IMG/VR virus record: IMGVR_UViG_3300031949_001696
Reading direction: 5' to 3' (one strand)
DNA length: 64,000 nucleotides
DNA from: a virus
Taxonomy: Duplodnaviria; Caudoviricetes
Below, one piece after another: positions 20,618 through 28,654 of the stretch. The position numbers were made by a program, and so were the translations under genes. Below the pieces are notes generated by a model that did not search any database, had not been told where the DNA came from, and saw only the letters and a list, made by a program, of their open reading frames with translations. How positions within the stretch are numbered: position 1 is the first letter of the stretch; the number at the start of each line of letters is the position of its first letter.

Positions 20618-21274
20618 ATGCGCGGTCACTACGGCCTCCCGTCCTCTCGCATCGGCCTAAACCCAGCGGCGTACAACTACACGTACACGTTCCAGGACGA
20701 GCTTCAGCGACTCCACCGCGAGATCGTGCAGCTCTCGTCGGAAGTCACGACGGCGGTGAACAAGCGCGGCTACCGCACCTCCGATCCGCTGACGACTCCT
20801 TTGCCGCAGATCCAGCAGGAAGCGATCGCGCGCGCGACGAGTGGCAGGCCCGATCCCAAAGATCCGATCGTCGATTTCTTCAAGGAGCTGTGGCTTCCTT
20901 TCCTCGCGACCTGGAACAAGCTCTACACGTCGTACAATGGGTGGTTCTCGGCATCGACGAATGCTGCCGCGCCTGATCTTGAGCGGCACGAGCGGCAGCT
21001 CGCGCAGCTCCGCGCGACGCTGGACAAGCTCAAGCTCCGTCGCGAGGCTGCTCCAGCTCCCCGCGAGGCTGCTCCAGCTCGCGAAGCTGCTCCAGCTCGC
21101 GAAGCTGCTCCAGCTCCTCGGCGTCCCGACGTAGCACCGCCTTCTGACGACGCGCCGCGAACGGCACCTACGGCAGGGTTCGCGGTACCCAAAGTCGTGA
21201 TCGTCGGTGCAGTGGTGGTTGGTGTTTCGCTGCTCGGCGCGGTGGTGATCCGATCGCTCTCCGTTGGGCGGTGA
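20618..21274 (+). CDS. Helical protein with REAAPA repeats and C-terminal membrane anchor
   Basis: Four REAAPA repeats, hydrophobic C-terminus. Confidence 0.55.
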   Translation: MRGHYGLPSSRIGLNPAAYNYTYTFQDELQRLHREIVQLSSEVTTAVNKRGYRTSDPLTTPLPQIQQEAIARATSGRPDPKDPIVDFFKELWLPFLATWNKLYTSYNGWFSASTNAAAPDLERHERQLAQLRATLDKLKLRREAAPAPREAAPAREAAPAREAAPAPRRPDVAPPSDDAPRTAPTAGFAVPKVVIVGAVVVGVSLLGAVVIRSLSVGR

Positions 21275-21561
21275 AGACGACGAACTGGCCGACGCGCCTG
21301 AAGTCGGGTTAGACTAGATCTTGATGGACGAACCTCTGAGCACGGCGCCGTGAGCTTCGACTCGTGTCCCTGCTGCCTTCGTCGCGACGGGCTCACGTCC
21401 GGCGGATGTCTGTACTGCTCGGCGCGAACGTTCTGCGCGTGCGGGCAGCTCGTGGCATGCGGGTGCGGTTGGCAGATCTCGGAGCACGCGTGCCCGTGTG
21501 TCGTGTCCGTCGGTGTGTTCGAGCCGATTTCGACGTTGCCACTGGCGGAGGTCCAGCCTTC

Positions 21562-22056
21562 ATGAGCTTCCGCGAATCTGCCACCGCGATCGCACAGCGC
21601 ACCGCCGGCAACTTCATCGGTGTCGTGCTCTACGTCCCCGTGGGAGGGCAATCTACGGTGCCGTGGTGGAGCGCCGACGCATTCATGAATACTGCGGCTC
21701 TTGAAGAATGGTACGAGGGGATCGCGAACTCACCGCCGCTCTACTACTACATCGCCGCATTCGACAAGACGCGCGGCGCCATTCCCGTGGGTGAGGCGAT
21801 TGCTCCTCCCAAGCCTGGAATGTACGGCTTCGACGTTCATTCCAAATGGCGCCATCCCCCATTCAGACGCGCGACAATCTCCGGCGAAGCGCGCGGCAGT
21901 GGCCCGGTTGACTTCGCGAAGACCCTCGCGATCTTCGCGTTGTTCGCAGTTCCAGCGGGACTGCTCATCTCGAAGCTGCAAGAGCGAAAGCATCTCCGAG
22001 AAGAGGAGACGGCGTTTCGTCGGCTCGGCCTGGACTGGAATCTCAGGAGTCGGTAG
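21562..22056 (+). CDS. Hypothetical membrane protein
   Basis: Hydrophobic helix near the C-terminus. Confidence 0.5.
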   Translation: MSFRESATAIAQRTAGNFIGVVLYVPVGGQSTVPWWSADAFMNTAALEEWYEGIANSPPLYYYIAAFDKTRGAIPVGEAIAPPKPGMYGFDVHSKWRHPPFRRATISGEARGSGPVDFAKTLAIFALFAVPAGLLISKLQERKHLREEETAFRRLGLDWNLRSR

Positions 22057-22511
22057 TGAGCACGAGCGAGGTTGCGCCTGGGCTCTACGTCGGCAGTAAA
22101 CCCCCGCCGGGGCGGCACGAGGGTGTCGACGTGATCGTCTTGGCCGCGATGGAGTACCAGCCGCCCGCGCACCTGTTCCCGGGGATCGAGGTGATTCATG
22201 CACCGCTCGATGACGCTCCGGGTCGGCGGATGCGCGAAGACGAGATTGCGATCGCGACCAAGGCGGCCAAGCGTGTCGCGCAGCTACTGCGCTCGGGCCG
22301 CCGTGTGCTCAGTACATGCCAGTTGGGTCTCAATAGATCGTCGCTCGTCGCCGCGCTCGCGATGCACGACGTCTATGGCATGAGCGCGAACGAGCTTGTT
22401 ACGAGGCTTCGGCGAGCTCGTGGCGCGTGGGCACTATCGAATCCAAATTTCGAGAAGCTCTTACGCGTCGTGATCGACGTGCGGGACGGCGGCTCGCGCT
22501 GCTCTCCATAG
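22056..22511 (+). CDS. Dual-specificity (Cys-based) phosphatase
   Basis: GLYVGS, PLDD, CQLGLNRS (CX5R), NPNF. Confidence 0.8.
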   Translation: MSTSEVAPGLYVGSKPPPGRHEGVDVIVLAAMEYQPPAHLFPGIEVIHAPLDDAPGRRMREDEIAIATKAAKRVAQLLRSGRRVLSTCQLGLNRSSLVAALAMHDVYGMSANELVTRLRRARGAWALSNPNFEKLLRVVIDVRDGGSRCSP

Positions 22512-22722
22512 CGCCAGCGGGCGCGTGGTAAGCTCGTGTGCGGAGGGCAGGTCACGTCACGATGCGAATCCAGATCGCCCAGGGCGCACCGAACCTTCTC
22601 TCGCAGGAATAAGCCTCTACAATAGAGGAAGCCTTTCGCAATCTAGGCTTTGCGCCTTCAACACGACTGCGACGAACGGACGAACGAACGAACGAACGCG
22701 CAGCGCAGCGCCAGCGCACTAG

Positions 22723-23160
22723 CTACGGCTTCGTCTCGTGGGGCGGCTTCGGGATCGATTGATCGACGGGCGTGATCTCGTCATTGGACGCGACGCGTGT
22801 GTCGTCGTCGAGGTCGACCTTGACGACGTCTCGCGTGGTCGTCCGCGGGATCTCGTCGAGCGGGACGCGGACGAGCGGTGTCATTTCGCCGGTCGGGATT
22901 CGCGGCGGCGTGACGTCGTCTTCGTCGAGAAACGGCGCCATCACCAGGTGGAGCGCACGCTGCGGATGATCGGGGACGTCGACGAGGACGAACAAGTCGC
23001 GTCCGGCTCCCGGACGAAGGCCGGGGAGGCGTCCGAGGCGTCGCATGTCGTCGATCTCTTCCCAGATCTCGACGATCTCGTCGTGGGCGAGCACCGTCTC
23101 GGCCGTCGTCAGGAACTTGCCCGTCTGCCGGAAGTAGATCAGCTGGACCTTGTACGTCAC
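22723..23160 (-). CDS. Hypothetical protein
   Basis: YFRQTGKF motif, acidic tail. Confidence 0.5.
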   Translation of the reverse strand: MTYKVQLIYFRQTGKFLTTAETVLAHDEIVEIWEEIDDMRRLGRLPGLRPGAGRDLFVLVDVPDHPQRALHLVMAPFLDEDDVTPPRIPTGEMTPLVRVPLDEIPRTTTRDVVKVDLDDDTRVASNDEITPVDQSIPKPPHETKP

Positions 23161-23485
23161 CTACGCAGCACGGTATCGCGCGCCGTGAACGATCGCGAAT
23201 CTTCGGCCGCCACCGCGCGGACATGCGCGTTCGTTGACTTCGTAGCAGCGCCGCGCTAGCATCCTTCTCGTACCAGTCATGTCGATCGCATCCATATCCA
23301 CGAGAGTCACAAGGCGCCAAGGCGTCATGGGACGCGTGTGTGCTCGCCGCGATTGGGCCAAAGCTGCGAATTTCGCCGGCCACGGGACCGTCGAGGGTAT
23401 CAAGCGCCAGCCGCAGCCCACGACCTACGAAGGAAAGGCTCCAGACGCATAGACCGAGCTAGAAGATAGCCGAAGCGATCTGGAG

Positions 23486-23523
23486 CCGCCCTGGGAACAA
23501 ACCCTCGGCGGTTTTTTCGTTTT
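23486..23523 (+). terminator. Intrinsic terminator-like hairpin immediately before the tRNA array
   Basis: CCGCC..GGCGG stem followed by TTTTTTCGTTTT. Confidence 0.5.
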
Positions 23524-23524
23524 C

Positions 23525-23608
23525 GGGTGCGCAGACCGGCGTGGTCCCGGGCCTGACTGTAGATCAGGCGTGCTCTGCACCGTCTTGGTTCGATTCCAGG
23601 CGCGCCCA
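23525..23608 (+). tRNA. tRNA-Tyr(GTA)
   Basis: cctga-CTGTAGA-tcagg; long variable arm; T loop. Confidence 0.8.
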
Positions 23609-23669
23609 CGAAAGGAAAGGAGACGTGATGCAGAAGAAGCTCAAACGTTCGACCGCGGAAACCCATCCT

Positions 23670-23741
23670 GGGCCCGTGGCGCAACGGTAGCGCACTCGGC
23701 TTTTACCCGAATTGTTGGGGGTTCGAATCCCTCCGGGCTCA
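23670..23741 (+). tRNA. tRNA-Lys(TTT)
   Basis: Cloverleaf, loop CTTTTAC. Confidence 0.85.
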
Positions 23742-23753
23742 CGAACAGATTGA

Positions 23754-23824
23754 TCAGGGTTCGTCCAACGGTAGGACCTGCGCCTCTGGAGCGCATGACG
23801 AGAGTTCGAATCTTTCACCCTGAA
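23754..23824 (+). tRNA. tRNA-Gln(CTG)
   Basis: tgcgc-CTCTGGA-gcgca. Confidence 0.85.
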
Positions 23825-23935
23825 CCGCGGCCGACTGCATCGCGCGTGAATCGACGGTCCCCCGAGCAACAGCGCTCACAGCGGGACGACAGCGACACGG
23901 CGAGGACGGGGCATGAAAACAGAAGCTAGAACTGA

Positions 23936-24436
23936 GTGTCGGACGGTCTTGATACGATCGTCACGATGGGTAAGCAGTGCACTCAATGTCACAAGGTCAA
24001 AGCCGTTGCCGAATTTCAATACAGAACTGCGACGACGGCACGGTGTCGTGAATGCAACAAGGCAGCATGCCGTGCCTGGCATGCCAAGAACAAAGGCGTT
24101 TACAAAGAGAAACGAAAGGAGCAGTGGAAGAGTCGAAATCGACCCGCCATCGAATTCGTACTCGCCGCGAAGAGTAAGCCTTGCACAGACTGCGGGCGAA
24201 CCTTCCATCCTGTGGCGATGGACTTCGATCATGTGAAAGGAAAGAAGACCACTGAAATCTCGACACTGATGAGAAGTGGCTACAGCTTGGAGCGGATCAA
24301 GAAGGAAGTCGCCAAGTGTGAAGTGGTGTGCGCATGTTGCCATCGTGTACGAACGCTCAAGAGAATGGGCACCAGTTCAAGACCGTATTCCATGTACGAC
24401 GTGTTCACGGACAACGGAAAGCTTCTTGGCAATTGA
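23936..24436 (+). CDS. HNH-type endonuclease inserted in the tRNA array
   Basis: CxxC pairs, MDFDH, CACCHRVRT; lower GC. Confidence 0.75.
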   Translation: MSDGLDTIVTMGKQCTQCHKVKAVAEFQYRTATTARCRECNKAACRAWHAKNKGVYKEKRKEQWKSRNRPAIEFVLAAKSKPCTDCGRTFHPVAMDFDHVKGKKTTEISTLMRSGYSLERIKKEVAKCEVVCACCHRVRTLKRMGTSSRPYSMYDVFTDNGKLLGN

Positions 24437-24485
24437 ATAGTTGAATGACGATGACGCGATCGCGGCATGTAGCACGATCGCAAAT

Positions 24486-24558
24486 GCCCAGACAGCTTGC
24501 TTGGTGCAAGCGCCGTCCCGAAAAGTCGGAGATGATCGTTCGAACCGATCTCTGGGCA
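24486..24558 (+). tRNA. tRNA-Phe(GAA)
   Basis: Loop CCGAAAA (C33); one stem mismatch. Confidence 0.7.
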
Positions 24559-24560
24559 CT

Positions 24561-24632
24561 GCCTCCGTAGCTCCAATGTAGAGCAAGCGGTTCTTACCCG
24601 TGAGGCTGTTGGTTCAAGTCCAACCGGGGGCA
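24561..24632 (+). tRNA. tRNA-Lys(CTT)
   Basis: Loop TTCTTAC. Confidence 0.8.
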
Positions 24633-24787
24633 CTAGTTCTCGTTGCTGTCCTTCCAAAAGCTCACAAGCGCGGTGGGGATCAGCAGTAACAGAAACAGCA
24701 CGATGTCACGTAGACGCCAGCCGTCGCCGAAGTCACTCATACTAGAAAGATCGTTCCGCGCTGGGTTTCGTGACAGGAAAAGTTCAA

Positions 24788-24861
24788 CGGGGTGTAGCTC
24801 AGCTTGGTAGAGCGCGTGCCTTGGGCGCATGAGGTCGCAGGTTCAATTCCTGTCGCCCCGA
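24788..24861 (+). tRNA. tRNA-Pro(TGG)
   Basis: cgtgc-CTTGGGC-gcatg. Confidence 0.9.
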
Positions 24862-24947
24862 CGAGAAACATGGGTGCCTGAGGACCCTGTCGGCGTTGCC
24901 GACGAACGTTGAAGCACGGCGCCGTGCTGAGACGACCAGGAAAACTT

Positions 24948-25018
24948 GCAGGTCAGGCCGACTGGCGAGGCACCGCGTTGCCAACGCGGATAGACGGATT
25001 CGATTTCCGTGATCTGCT
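24948..25018 (+). tRNA. tRNA-Gly(GCC)
   Basis: ccgcg-TTGCCAA-cgcgg. Confidence 0.8.
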
Positions 25019-25024
25019 CTGAAG

Positions 25025-25096
25025 GCCCGTACAGCACGATGGTCGTGCAGCAGTTTCGTAAACTGCCGGTTGCCGGTTCAAGTCCGGCTGCGGGCT
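25025..25096 (+). tRNA. tRNA-Thr(CGT)
   Basis: gcagt-TTCGTAA-actgc. Confidence 0.85.
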
Positions 25097-25100
25097 CGAC

Positions 25101-25173
25101 GCTATCGTAGCTCAGCTGGCAGAGCACCTGACTTGTAATCAGGGGGTCCCGAGTTCGATTCTCGGTGGTAGCT
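25101..25173 (+). tRNA. tRNA-Thr(TGT)
   Basis: cctga-CTTGTAA-tcagg. Confidence 0.9.
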
Positions 25174-25183
25174 CGATGATCAT

Positions 25184-25266
25184 TCCGAGGTAGCCTAGCG
25201 GCAAGGCACGCGGCTGTTAACCGCGCGTGGGAAACCACATCGTTGGTTCGAATCCAACCTTCGGAG
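25184..25266 (+). tRNA. tRNA-Asn(GTT) with long variable arm
   Basis: cgcgg-CTGTTAA-ccgcg plus gtgg-gaaa-ccac extra arm. Confidence 0.8.
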
Positions 25267-25350
25267 CGTACGGTTCTCGCGCAGTTCCTTCAGGCGATTG
25301 GCTCCGGGCGTTCCCAGCTCGGTGCAGGCTCCGCGGCGCGTGAACCTTCT

Positions 25351-25422
25351 GCGGGTGAGGCCGACTGGCGAGGCACCGGGTTTCCACCCCGGCTAGGTAG
25401 GATTCGATTTCCACCATCCGCT
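25351..25422 (+). tRNA. tRNA-Gly(TCC)
   Basis: ccggg-TTTCCAC-cccgg. Confidence 0.75.
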
Positions 25423-25435
25423 CGAATGCGCGCAT

Positions 25436-25507
25436 GTGCACGTAGCTCAGCAGCAGAGCGCCGTCTCGACAAGGCGGATGCCGCAGGTGCAATCCCTGCC
25501 GTGCACA
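25436..25507 (+). tRNA. tRNA-Val(GAC)
   Basis: ccgtc-TCGACAA-ggcgg (C33). Confidence 0.8.
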
Positions 25508-25516
25508 CGATGACAC

Positions 25517-25668
25517 GTCGTGTTCGTCTAGCGGCCAAGGACGCTGGTCCCTGTGTCCGTCGCCCCATCGCGCGGTGCGGTGAGTCGTCGGACACTAGGT
25601 TCGGTCAGTGATGTCGTAACGCCACTTCCCTCAAACCGGCAACACGGGTTCGAGTCCCGTACACGACG
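25517..25668 (+). tRNA. tRNA-Glu(CTC) interrupted by a 79-nt insertion in the anticodon loop
   Basis: Intact acceptor (gtcgtgt/acacgac), D and T arms; removing 25553-25631 restores ctggt-CCCTCAA-accgg. Confidence 0.8.
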
Positions 25669-25681
25669 CGAAGAAGTTTCT

Positions 25682-25754
25682 GCCCCTGTAGCTCAGCAGA
25701 TAGAGCGCCTGGCTACGGACCAGGATGCCGGAGGTGCAAATCCTTTCAGGGGCG
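25682..25754 (+). tRNA. tRNA-Arg(ACG)
   Basis: cctgg-CTACGGA-ccagg. Confidence 0.85.
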
Positions 25755-25835
25755 CTAGGCGAACGTGCACGTGGGCAGCTCACAACGATGTCTCACCATC
25801 GTTGCGATGACTGGTGCACCGACGCCTCAATTTCT

Positions 25836-25902
25836 AGGCCGTGATCTGGGATCAGCTTGGTTTCCAAAACCGATCAGCGAGGTTCAATCCCTCGACGGCC
25901 TG
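25836..25902 (+). tRNA. tRNA-Trp(CCA), reduced D arm
   Basis: ttggt-TTCCAAA-accga. Confidence 0.7.
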
Positions 25903-25905
25903 CTA

Positions 25906-25981
25906 CGTGGTCTTGGCCTCGCGGACGGCGAACGCGAGGAGGAAGCTAAAGCACAGCTGGGTGAAAGTCCCGGAGACCACG
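25906..25981 (+). ncRNA. tRNA-like structured RNA without an anticodon arm
   Basis: cgtggtct/agaccacg closing stem, cctcgcg/cgcgagg hairpin, T-arm-like ctggg-TGAAAGT-cccgg. Confidence 0.45.
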
Positions 25982-25985
25982 CCTT

Positions 25986-26057
25986 CGCGGCGACTAGTGG
26001 ATCTAGACGGCGGTTTCATAAGCCGCTCGGAGTGCGGTTCGAGTCCGCCCGTCGCGA
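25986..26057 (+). tRNA. tRNA-Met(CAT)
   Basis: gcggt-TTCATAA-gccgc. Confidence 0.75.
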
Positions 26058-26061
26058 CTCA

Positions 26062-26133
26062 CGGGGTGTAGCTCAGGAGTAGAGCGCATGGTTCGGGACC
26101 ATGAAGCCGCTGGTGCGATTCCAGTCACCCCGA
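26062..26133 (+). tRNA. tRNA-Pro(CGG)
   Basis: catgg-TTCGGGA-ccatg. Confidence 0.85.
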
Positions 26134-26138
26134 CTCAC

Positions 26139-26212
26139 GGAGAGTAGTTCACCGGGCGGTGATGCCGATTTTACATGTCGGCTGCGCATGGGTTCGAGTC
26201 CCTGGCTCTCCA
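26139..26212 (+). tRNA. tRNA-Val(TAC)
   Basis: ccgat-TTTACAT-gtcgg. Confidence 0.7.
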
Positions 26213-26218
26213 CGATTT

Positions 26219-26290
26219 CCGCTCGTAGCTCAACGGTTGAGCGCGTGCTTGATAAGCGCGAGGCTGGTGGTTCGAGTCCACCCGAGCGGA
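26219..26290 (+). tRNA. tRNA-Ile(GAT)
   Basis: cgtgc-TTGATAA-gcgcg. Confidence 0.85.
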
Positions 26291-26303
26291 CGATGAGAAC
26301 GAC

Positions 26304-26375
26304 GGGCCTCTAGTTCAACAGTAGAACGCTCGGCCTATTACCGAGATGTTGAGGGTGCAAATCCTTCGGGGCCTA
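26304..26375 (+). tRNA. tRNA-Ile(TAT)
   Basis: ctcgg-CCTATTA-ccgag; atypical C33 and U37. Confidence 0.65.
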
Positions 26376-26382
26376 CGATCAC

Positions 26383-26459
26383 GGTGCATGGAGCCAGCTG
26401 GAGACGGCGCTCGGATGTGGCCCGAGTTTCGGCGAGTTCGATCCTCGTCATGCACCCCA
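26383..26459 (+). tRNA. tRNA-His(GTG)
   Basis: G-1:C73, ctcgg-ATGTGGC-ccgag, encoded CCA. Confidence 0.85.
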
Positions 26460-26463
26460 GTTT

Positions 26464-26535
26464 CGAGCAGTGGCGAAGTGGCATCGCGCCGGTTCGGGGA
26501 ACCGGAAATCGCAGGTTCGATCCCTGCCTGCTCGA
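26464..26535 (+). tRNA. tRNA-Pro(GGG)
   Basis: ccggt-TCGGGGA-accgg (C33). Confidence 0.8.
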
Positions 26536-26612
26536 CGAAAGGAGGTTGCGGCCGATCTACTGTCAGATCGTTCGTGCAGGAGCGTCTAGTCTATAGAAGG
26601 AGAACGAACGCC

Positions 26613-27149
26613 ATGGAGCCGACACATCAGACTCTGGTCCTTTCGCAAGGCTACGAACCGGTCAAGATCGTTTCGTGGCAGCGCGCCATCACGCTGCTCT
26701 TCCTCGGTAAGGTCGAAGTGGTCGAGGAGTACGACCGCGGCATCAAGACGACGTCGCTCGTGATCAAGATCCCGTCGGTGGTGCGGCTCCTCAAGGCATT
26801 CCGTCGGTACCCAAAGCCGGTGAAGTTCTCACGGATCAACATCTACGGGCGCGACAAGTACACCTGCCAGTATTGCGGGACGAAGAAGTCGATCGGCGAG
26901 CTGACGTACGACCACGTTGTGCCGCGTTCGCGGGGTGGAAAGACAACGTGGACCAACATCGCCACGTGCTGCTCGGACTGCAATCGCCGAAAGGCGAATC
27001 GCACACCGGAGCAGGCCGGCATGCGGCTGCTCAAGGAGCCCGTGCTGCCGACCGCCACGCCGGTGCTGGTAGTGGCCGTGAGCCGTGAGTCGGCACCCGA
27101 CGCGTGGCGCGATTACCTGTACTGGACGAGCGAGTTGGACGAAGACTGA
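26613..27149 (+). CDS. HNH endonuclease (McrA-like)
   Basis: RDKYTCQYCG, TYDHVVPRSRGG, CCSDCNRRK; AGGAG RBS. Confidence 0.9.
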   Translation: MEPTHQTLVLSQGYEPVKIVSWQRAITLLFLGKVEVVEEYDRGIKTTSLVIKIPSVVRLLKAFRRYPKPVKFSRINIYGRDKYTCQYCGTKKSIGELTYDHVVPRSRGGKTTWTNIATCCSDCNRRKANRTPEQAGMRLLKEPVLPTATPVLVVAVSRESAPDAWRDYLYWTSELDED

Positions 27150-27180
27150 TGTGCGAGCGCGCGGCAACGCGCTCGCATTT

Positions 27181-27255
27181 GGGGACGTAGGGGAGCTGGC
27201 CGTCCCCGCTGGCCTGTCACGCCGGAAATCGCGAGTTCGAATCTCGTCGTTCCCG
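27181..27255 (+). tRNA. tRNA-Asp(GTC)
   Basis: ctggc-CTGTCAC-gccgg. Confidence 0.85.
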
Positions 27256-27266
27256 CTTCGCGCTTT

Positions 27267-27335
27267 GGGGTGAGTACCGGGGTACAGCTGACCCTCGCAC
27301 GGTCGGCCCGCCGAGTTCAACTCTCGGTCGCTCCA
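27267..27335 (+). tRNA. tRNA-Ala(CGC), reduced D arm
   Basis: G3:U70, loop CTCGCAC. Confidence 0.7.
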
Positions 27336-27339
27336 CGAC

Positions 27340-27411
27340 GGGTCCATGGCTCAATGGGAGAGCGCTCGCATGGCATGCGAGAGATTGCGCGTTCGATTCG
27401 CGCTGGATCCA
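27340..27411 (+). tRNA. tRNA-Ala(GGC)
   Basis: G3:U70, ctcgc-ATGGCAT-gcgag. Confidence 0.8.
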
Positions 27412-27446
27412 CGATCGCTGCTCAACCGCGCGGTGCCCACACGCAC

Positions 27447-27515
27447 CATTGATGCCTCAAGGTGAGGCGTCGGCCTTCGGAGCCGAAAGTCTGGTTCAAT
27501 TCCAGATCATCCCCA
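27447..27515 (+). pseudogene. tRNA-Arg(TCG)-like with disrupted 5' acceptor strand
   Basis: D, anticodon (tcggc-CTTCGGA-gccga) and T arms intact; only 3 acceptor pairs. Confidence 0.55.
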
Positions 27516-27556
27516 AAAGGGATCGTGCACCGCGCACTCGAGCAGCGAACACTTTC

Positions 27557-27790
27557 TCAGTGCCCCTGGCAAGGTCCTTCGCAGATCTTGCAGTAGTCCT
27601 CGTCGAACGTATCGTCGATGGAGTGGTCGCCAGGCGGGTAGATCATTTCCTCTTCGAGGACGTCTCCGCTCGCAGTGCAGCTCGGACAAAGGAGGTCGTC
27701 GCCAGACCGTAGCCAGTTGTCGGGGAGTTGATCGATATCAGCGATCTCCTGAACCTTGCCGCACCGCGTGCACACGACGAACGTGGCCAT
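27557..27790 (-). CDS. Small Cys-rich zinc-binding protein
   Basis: CTRC, CPSC, CKICEGPC. Confidence 0.5.
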   Translation of the reverse strand: MATFVVCTRCGKVQEIADIDQLPDNWLRSGDDLLCPSCTASGDVLEEEMIYPPGDHSIDDTFDEDYCKICEGPCQGH

Positions 27791-27866
27791 GCTTCCAGGC
27801 TACGTGAACGACGACGGCACGGACAGTTTTTGGCTCTCGGGTAGGCGTGTTGTTTTTGCACGCTGG

Positions 27867-28433
27867 CTAGCGCAGGGTGATTCGAGCGATCGCCACGGCG
27901 TTCTCGCGCTCGAATGTCTCGCGATTGATCGAAAGCACGAGATCGTTGTCTTCGTCGGCGAACGCGCGCGCTTTCGATGAGGTGTCAAGGTCGAAGCCTA
28001 GCTTCTCGAACACGCGACATGACGCGACGTTCGCAGGGATCACCGATGCGTAGATCTGCGTGAGCCCCAAGCGCGCGAAGCCCGCGGCGCAGATCATCAA
28101 CGCGAAGCGCGTGCCGAGACCCTTACCTTGCTCGTTGGGATCTGCGATCAGGAATGCGAACTCGCAGGCACCGTCGTGCGACGTGCGCAGGTCGCCGTCG
28201 CCGACGAGGCACCCATCGCGGAACAACAGGAAGGGATGTCCACGGTCGGCGATCATGTTGACGTAGTGCTCGAGCACGTCGGCTTCATCGAGCGGCTCGG
28301 TGTGACCGAGCAGCGCCGCGTTCTTTGGGTCGTTGTAGGCAGCGGCGAACGTGGGGGCGTGCTTGTGCACGTCGTTCACCGTTGCCTCAACTGCGCTGAG
28401 ATCATTCCACTCCACGCGTAGCAGCTCCGTCAT
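27867..28433 (-). CDS. GNAT (RimJ/RimL-type) N-acetyltransferase
   Basis: QGKGLG, NVAS..VFEKLGF. Confidence 0.8.
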   Translation of the reverse strand: MTELLRVEWNDLSAVEATVNDVHKHAPTFAAAYNDPKNAALLGHTEPLDEADVLEHYVNMIADRGHPFLLFRDGCLVGDGDLRTSHDGACEFAFLIADPNEQGKGLGTRFALMICAAGFARLGLTQIYASVIPANVASCRVFEKLGFDLDTSSKARAFADEDNDLVLSINRETFERENAVAIARITLR

Positions 28434-28455
28434 CTATCTCCTCCGTAATGAGCAA

Positions 28456-28519
28456 GTCTAAGCACAGCTCGGTGGACGCTGGGGCTACGCGGTGTGTCTA
28501 AGCACAGCTCGGTGGACGC
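28456..28519. repeat. 24-bp direct repeat x2 in a divergent intergenic region
   Basis: GTCTAAGCACAGCTCGGTGGACGC at 28456 and 28496. Confidence 0.85.
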
Positions 28520-28654
28520 GGTGGTTGTGCGGTGTGTTCAGGGTCAACCAAGAGGAGAGACGTTGCTTAGGCAACCCTACGAAACTGGATAAATTGCAAT
28601 GTATTGAACCGAAGTTGCAGCCTGGTCGTAGGTTGCGCGACACTCGCACATCCG

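Noticed and set aside
25553-25631. Group I or group II self-splicing intron
   Set aside because: 79 nt cannot hold either catalytic core.
23400-26600. Many short ORFs overlapping the tRNA array
   Set aside because: They overlap well-formed tRNA genes; only the HNH genes have protein motifs.
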